This document shows, piece after piece, positions 60,701 through 64,000 of a stretch of DNA of 64,000 nt. The stretch is from Macrostomum lignano (taxonomy: Eukaryota): NCBI GenBank assembly GCA_002269645.1, contig NIVC01003291.1, forward strand, positions 1-64,000. The letters are read 5' to 3'. The notes below the pieces were generated by a model. The model ran no database searches. It was not told the origin of the DNA and saw nothing but the letters and a program-made list of their open reading frames with translations. Position 1 is the stretch's first letter. Each line of letters opens with the position of its first letter. A program made the translations under genes and the position numbers.

Positions 60701-62423
60701 TCGCAGCGCCGCCCGAAGGCGCCGGAGCTGCCGCTGGTTCGACTTCGCATCGACTACACGGGCGGATACGAGACTTTCAGTGGACAGAAATTTGCCCAAC
60801 GATTCGTTGGCAGAGTGGCCAATCCCAGGGATTTGCTGCTGTTCTGCAAGGTGAGCTATCAAAGTATTGTGGCTGTGTACTAACCGCGACCAATTTTGTT
60901 TAACTTGCAGCAGGTGCCGTTAGCGAGCGCGCTGTCCCAATAGACTCGTAGAGACTCCCATGACCGAAATTATCCCCTTTGACCGAAATTATCCTCTTTG
61001 ACCGAAATTATCCCCTTTGACCGAAATTATCCCCTTTGACCGAAATTATCCCCTTTGACGGAAATTATCCCCTTTGACCGAAATTATCCCCCTTGACCGA
61101 AATTATCCCCTTTGACCGAAATTATCCCCTTGACCGAAATTATCCCCTTGACCGAAATTATCCCCTTTGACCGAAATTATCCCCTTTGACCGAAATTATC
61201 CCCTTTGACCGAAATTATCCCCTTGACCGAAATTATCCCCTTTGACCGAAATTATCCCCTTGACCGAAATTATCCCCTTTGACCGAAATTATCCCCCTTG
61301 ACCGAAATTATCCCCTTTGACCGAAATTATCCCCTTGACCGAAATTATCCCCTTTGACCGAAATTATCCCCTTGACCGAAATTATCCCCTTTGACCGAAA
61401 TTATCCCCCTTGACCGAAATTATCCCCTGACCGAAATTCCTTTGTCCGAAATAATTGAGCTAACTGCCAAACAATACCAACTTGCAGTCACGTGACCCAG
61501 GCCAAACCGGCCGCGGCTTCGGCCAAGCCGGCCGAGTCACCTTCGTCGATGGCGACGGTAACGAGCCGCAGCCGGACGCGCACATTGGCGACGATCCCAG
61601 CTTGGACTCGGTGAACCTGGACAAGCTGATCGGGCGCTGGCTTGAGCAGTCCGGCGCCCAGCTGAGCGTGCTCACCTCCGAGGGCCTGGGCCTGGCCGTG
61701 CACACCTACGTGGACAATTTCCGTCGCGACGCCATGGCCTGCATAGCCGAGCACCAGTGCGGCAGGGCGCTCAGCTTCCTGACCGAGCGCGGCTGCTCCG
61801 GCGCCACCGGGGCCGACCTCGACCGGGCCCTGGCCGACTTTCGCCGCCTGATGGCCAGCCGAAGCGAGTCGGAGCGTCGCGAAGAAGTCAACCGGACGCT
61901 TAGCCAGCTACCTGGAGGCGGCGGCATTGGAAGCGACGCTGATAGCGACGCCGGCGACGTCAACAACGAAACGGCGCGGGCGCCGGCCGGCCGTGGGCGA
62001 GGAAGCCGCGGCGGGCGCGGCAGCAGAGGCGGGCGCGGCGGTGGAGGCGGTCAGCGGAAGCGCGGCGGCGCCTCTAGCCGGGCCTCCTTAATATTCGACG
62101 GTATTGACAGCGACGCAGAGGAAATTGACGACGAGGGCGCCGACTTGAAAATGGATCGCGCCGGTGGCGGCCGTGGCTCAAAGTCGAAGGCCGCCGCCTC
62201 TGCTGCCTCTTTGGTTATCGAAGACTCGGACAGCGATGAAGGCGGCGGCGGCGGTCAGCGGGGCCGGCAGTCAGGGAGAAGGCCAGGTAGAGCCGGCGGT
62301 CAGCGCGGCGGCCAGCGTGGCGGCCAGCGTGGCGGCCAGCGTGGCGGCCAGCGTGGCGGTCCACGCGGCGGCGGCGGCGGCACCTTATTCGATTGGAACG
62401 TCACCAGCTCTAAGCGGAAGTGA
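57467..62423 (+). CDS. MRE11: Double-strand break repair nuclease MRE11; model join(57467..57748,58997..59416,59655..59987,60656..60850,61488..62423), ~721 aa
   Basis: Phosphoesterase motifs ATDNH, GGDLFH, HGNHDD, VHQNR and WGHEH; capping domain [10 protein letters not shown]...[12 protein letters not shown]; GAR (RGG) tract. All four introns phase 0 GT-AG. Confidence 0.96.
57762..58978. repeat. 22-bp minisatellite, ~55 copies, filling MRE11 intron 1
   Basis: gctagattagcaatccatattg. Confidence 0.96.
58997..59416 (+). CDS. MRE11: MRE11 coding exon 2
   Basis: Acceptor cgccag|GTG, donor CAG|[31 protein letters not shown]. Confidence 0.94.
59655..59987 (+). CDS. MRE11: MRE11 coding exon 3
   Basis: Acceptor ccgcag|AAT, donor CAG|[23 protein letters not shown]. 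Confidence 0.94.
60035..60547. repeat. 53-bp minisatellite in MRE11 intron 3
   Basis: aaagcagctgtactaatccccacttttccccagtcagttctcaggtgggattc. Confidence 0.94.
60656..60850 (+). CDS. MRE11: MRE11 coding exon 4
   Basis: Acceptor tcgcag|GCC, donor AAG|[28 protein letters not shown]. Confidence 0.93.
60960..61440. repeat. 18-20-bp minisatellite in MRE11 intron 4
   Basis: tgaccgaaattatcccctt. Confidence 0.94.
61488..62423 (+). CDS. MRE11: MRE11 terminal exon (Rad50-binding helices, GAR tract, acidic tail)
   Basis: Acceptor ttgcag|[35 protein letters not shown] at 62421-62423. Confidence 0.88.
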   Translation, partial: SRDPGQTGRGFGQAGRVTFVDGDGNEPQPDAHIGDDPSLDSVNLDKLIGRWLEQSGAQLSVLTSEGLGLAVHTYVDNFRRDAMACIAEHQCGRALSFLTERGCSGATGADLDRALADFRRLMASRSESERREEVNRTLSQLPGGGGIGSDADSDAGDVNNETARAPAGRGRGSRGGRGSRGGRGGGGGQRKRGGASSRASLIFDGIDSDAEEIDDEGADLKMDRAGGGRGSKSKAAASAASLVIEDSDSDEGGGGGQRGRQSGRRPGRAGGQRGGQRGGQRGGQRGGQRGGPRGGGGGTLFDWNVTSSKRK

Positions 62424-62871
62424 GGCCGACTAAAAGCGTTTTTAATCCGGCCGGCATTTTTTAGGAATTATTGTGTATTTTTGCGATATTTTTTTCAACT
62501 CGCTACTCATCAGTAATATTATTAGCATGCGGCATCTGTTGGAATCTGTTATCGTAAACAAGAGTGTCGGCTGATTAAAGTGCATTAAAATTATCGCTGT
62601 CTCCGGCTATTTGAGATTGACAAAAACTCAATTTCAATCCGGGGAGGGATTATTTTCGACCCTCACGCAGGTGAATACGCTCCCCTACTCTTCCCACTTG
62701 AAGTCGCTCCCCTACTCAAGGCATCATCAAATTATGGCCTACACAGCTGCCCCATTTATGCTCTGTTTGCTTATTCCTCTGCAGCATAGATAATGACTTC
62801 TTAATGAAATTTCTTGTCTGCGTCTCACACAGTCTGTCTCCCAGGCCTCATAGTCTGTGAGGCTTTAAGTG

Positions 62872-63350
62872 TTTATGAGCGAATTATATCCCGGTCATAA
62901 AATCGTTTATGAGCGAAGTCTCGATTTTTCATAGAATCGTTTATGAGCGAAGTCTCGATTGGTCATAGAATCGTTTATGAGCGAAGTCTCAATTGGTCAT
63001 AGTTATGAGCGAAGTCTCAATCAGCCATAAAATCATTTATGAGCGAAGTCTCAATTGGTCATAGAATAGTTTATGGGCGCAATCTCAATCGGTCAAAGAA
63101 TTGTTTATGAGCAAAGTCTCAATAGGTCATAAAAGTTTTTATGAGCTCAATCTCAATCGGTCATAGAATCGTTTATGAGCTCAATCTCAATTGGACATAG
63201 AATTGTTTATGGGCGAAGTCTCAGTTGGTCATAGAATTGTTTATGGGCGAAGTCTCAGTTGGTCATAGAATTGTTTATTAGCAAAGTCTCAATAAGTCAT
63301 AGAATCGTTTATGAGCGAATTCTCAATCGGTCATTGAAATGCTTATGAGC
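62872..63350. repeat. 34-bp diverged minisatellite downstream of MRE11
   Basis: tttatgagcgaagtctcaattggtcatagaatcg. Confidence 0.9.
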
Positions 63351-63884
63351 CAAGTCTTAGTCTGTTAGTCGTACTGTACAAGTGAAGTTTACACCTTAGT
63401 CAATATAGTTTCTTTATTGAGTCAACATTCTCCAAAACGAGAAGATCAGTGCAACGCAGTGTTACTACATTTTTCTATTTGTTTGTAACAATTTTGCTGC
63501 CCCTAAGAAGTGTTTATCTGCGCGTTTAGCCAGGTCAGCAGGGCTGTTTACCGCCGTGAAAGCGCATGATATTGCTAGCTAACTTCTTTCCTAACGCCAC
63601 CGAGGCCACCCACCCCTTTCCAGTGAAGTTCTCTACCCCTTGTTTTTGAGTCGCAGCAGAACGAACGGCCGGTGCGTGCGATCTTGCAGCAGCAGCAGCA
63701 GCAGGCTTTGTAAACACCGGGGGTTTAGGCCAAGGTGCGCAGAAGTGAGCGTGAGGTCGGCAGCTAGCTTTTCTTGCTCAACGCCTGGCACCAAGGACTC
63801 CTAATCGAATCACTTGGACTAAGCCGGAAATGGCGCAGAAAAATCTGGGTGTACTTTCGATAAGAGGCACTAGTTAATGAGGGA

Positions 63885-64000
63885 CAAGGATAGCTGAGCT
63901 AAGGGATGGAAAAGGACAACTGGGCTAAGGATGGGCAAGGACAGCTAAGCTAAGGATGGACAGGCACATGCAGCTGAGCTAAGGATGGACATCTAAGCTA
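63885..64000. repeat. Start of a degenerate agctaaggatggac repeat
   Basis: Short degenerate copies running off the window edge. Confidence 0.6.

Overview
Eukaryotic (animal) genomic DNA: GC-rich exons separated by GT-AG introns that are often almost filled with minisatellites. The style is reminiscent of repeat-rich flatworm genomes such as Macrostomum; this is an inference only. Four spliced protein-coding genes can be rebuilt by hand with consistent splice phases. (1) eIF2-gamma (EIF2S3), minus strand, 3 exons, ~458 aa. (2) LARP1 (La motif, PAM2, DM15), plus strand, 7 coding exons, ~745 aa. (3) A vesicular glutamate transporter (SLC17/VGLUT), plus strand, 10 exons, ~610 aa, with a defective-looking first exon. 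(4) MRE11, plus strand, 5 coding exons, ~721 aa. Non-coding DNA holds about 35 distinct tandem arrays, several MITE or foldback DNA elements (including a DD34D mariner-derived 1 kb palindrome), a tRNA-derived SINE family (2 full and 2 partial copies) and a CORE-like SINE relic. Most notable observations: two sharply bounded CpG-void, TpA-rich domains (about 9.55-18.9 kb and 55.4-57.45 kb) where paired repeat copies differ repeatedly by CpA/TpG to TpA changes (RIP-like); one repeat family placed in alternating orientation in VGLUT introns 3, 4 and 6; and minisatellites that multimerise textbook transcription-factor sites (DR4, CACGTG E-box, CRE). No prokaryotic features, CRISPR arrays, rRNA or genuine tRNA genes were found. 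Most long ORFs in the supplied track are repeat artefacts. All counts and coordinates were read by eye; array boundaries are approximate.
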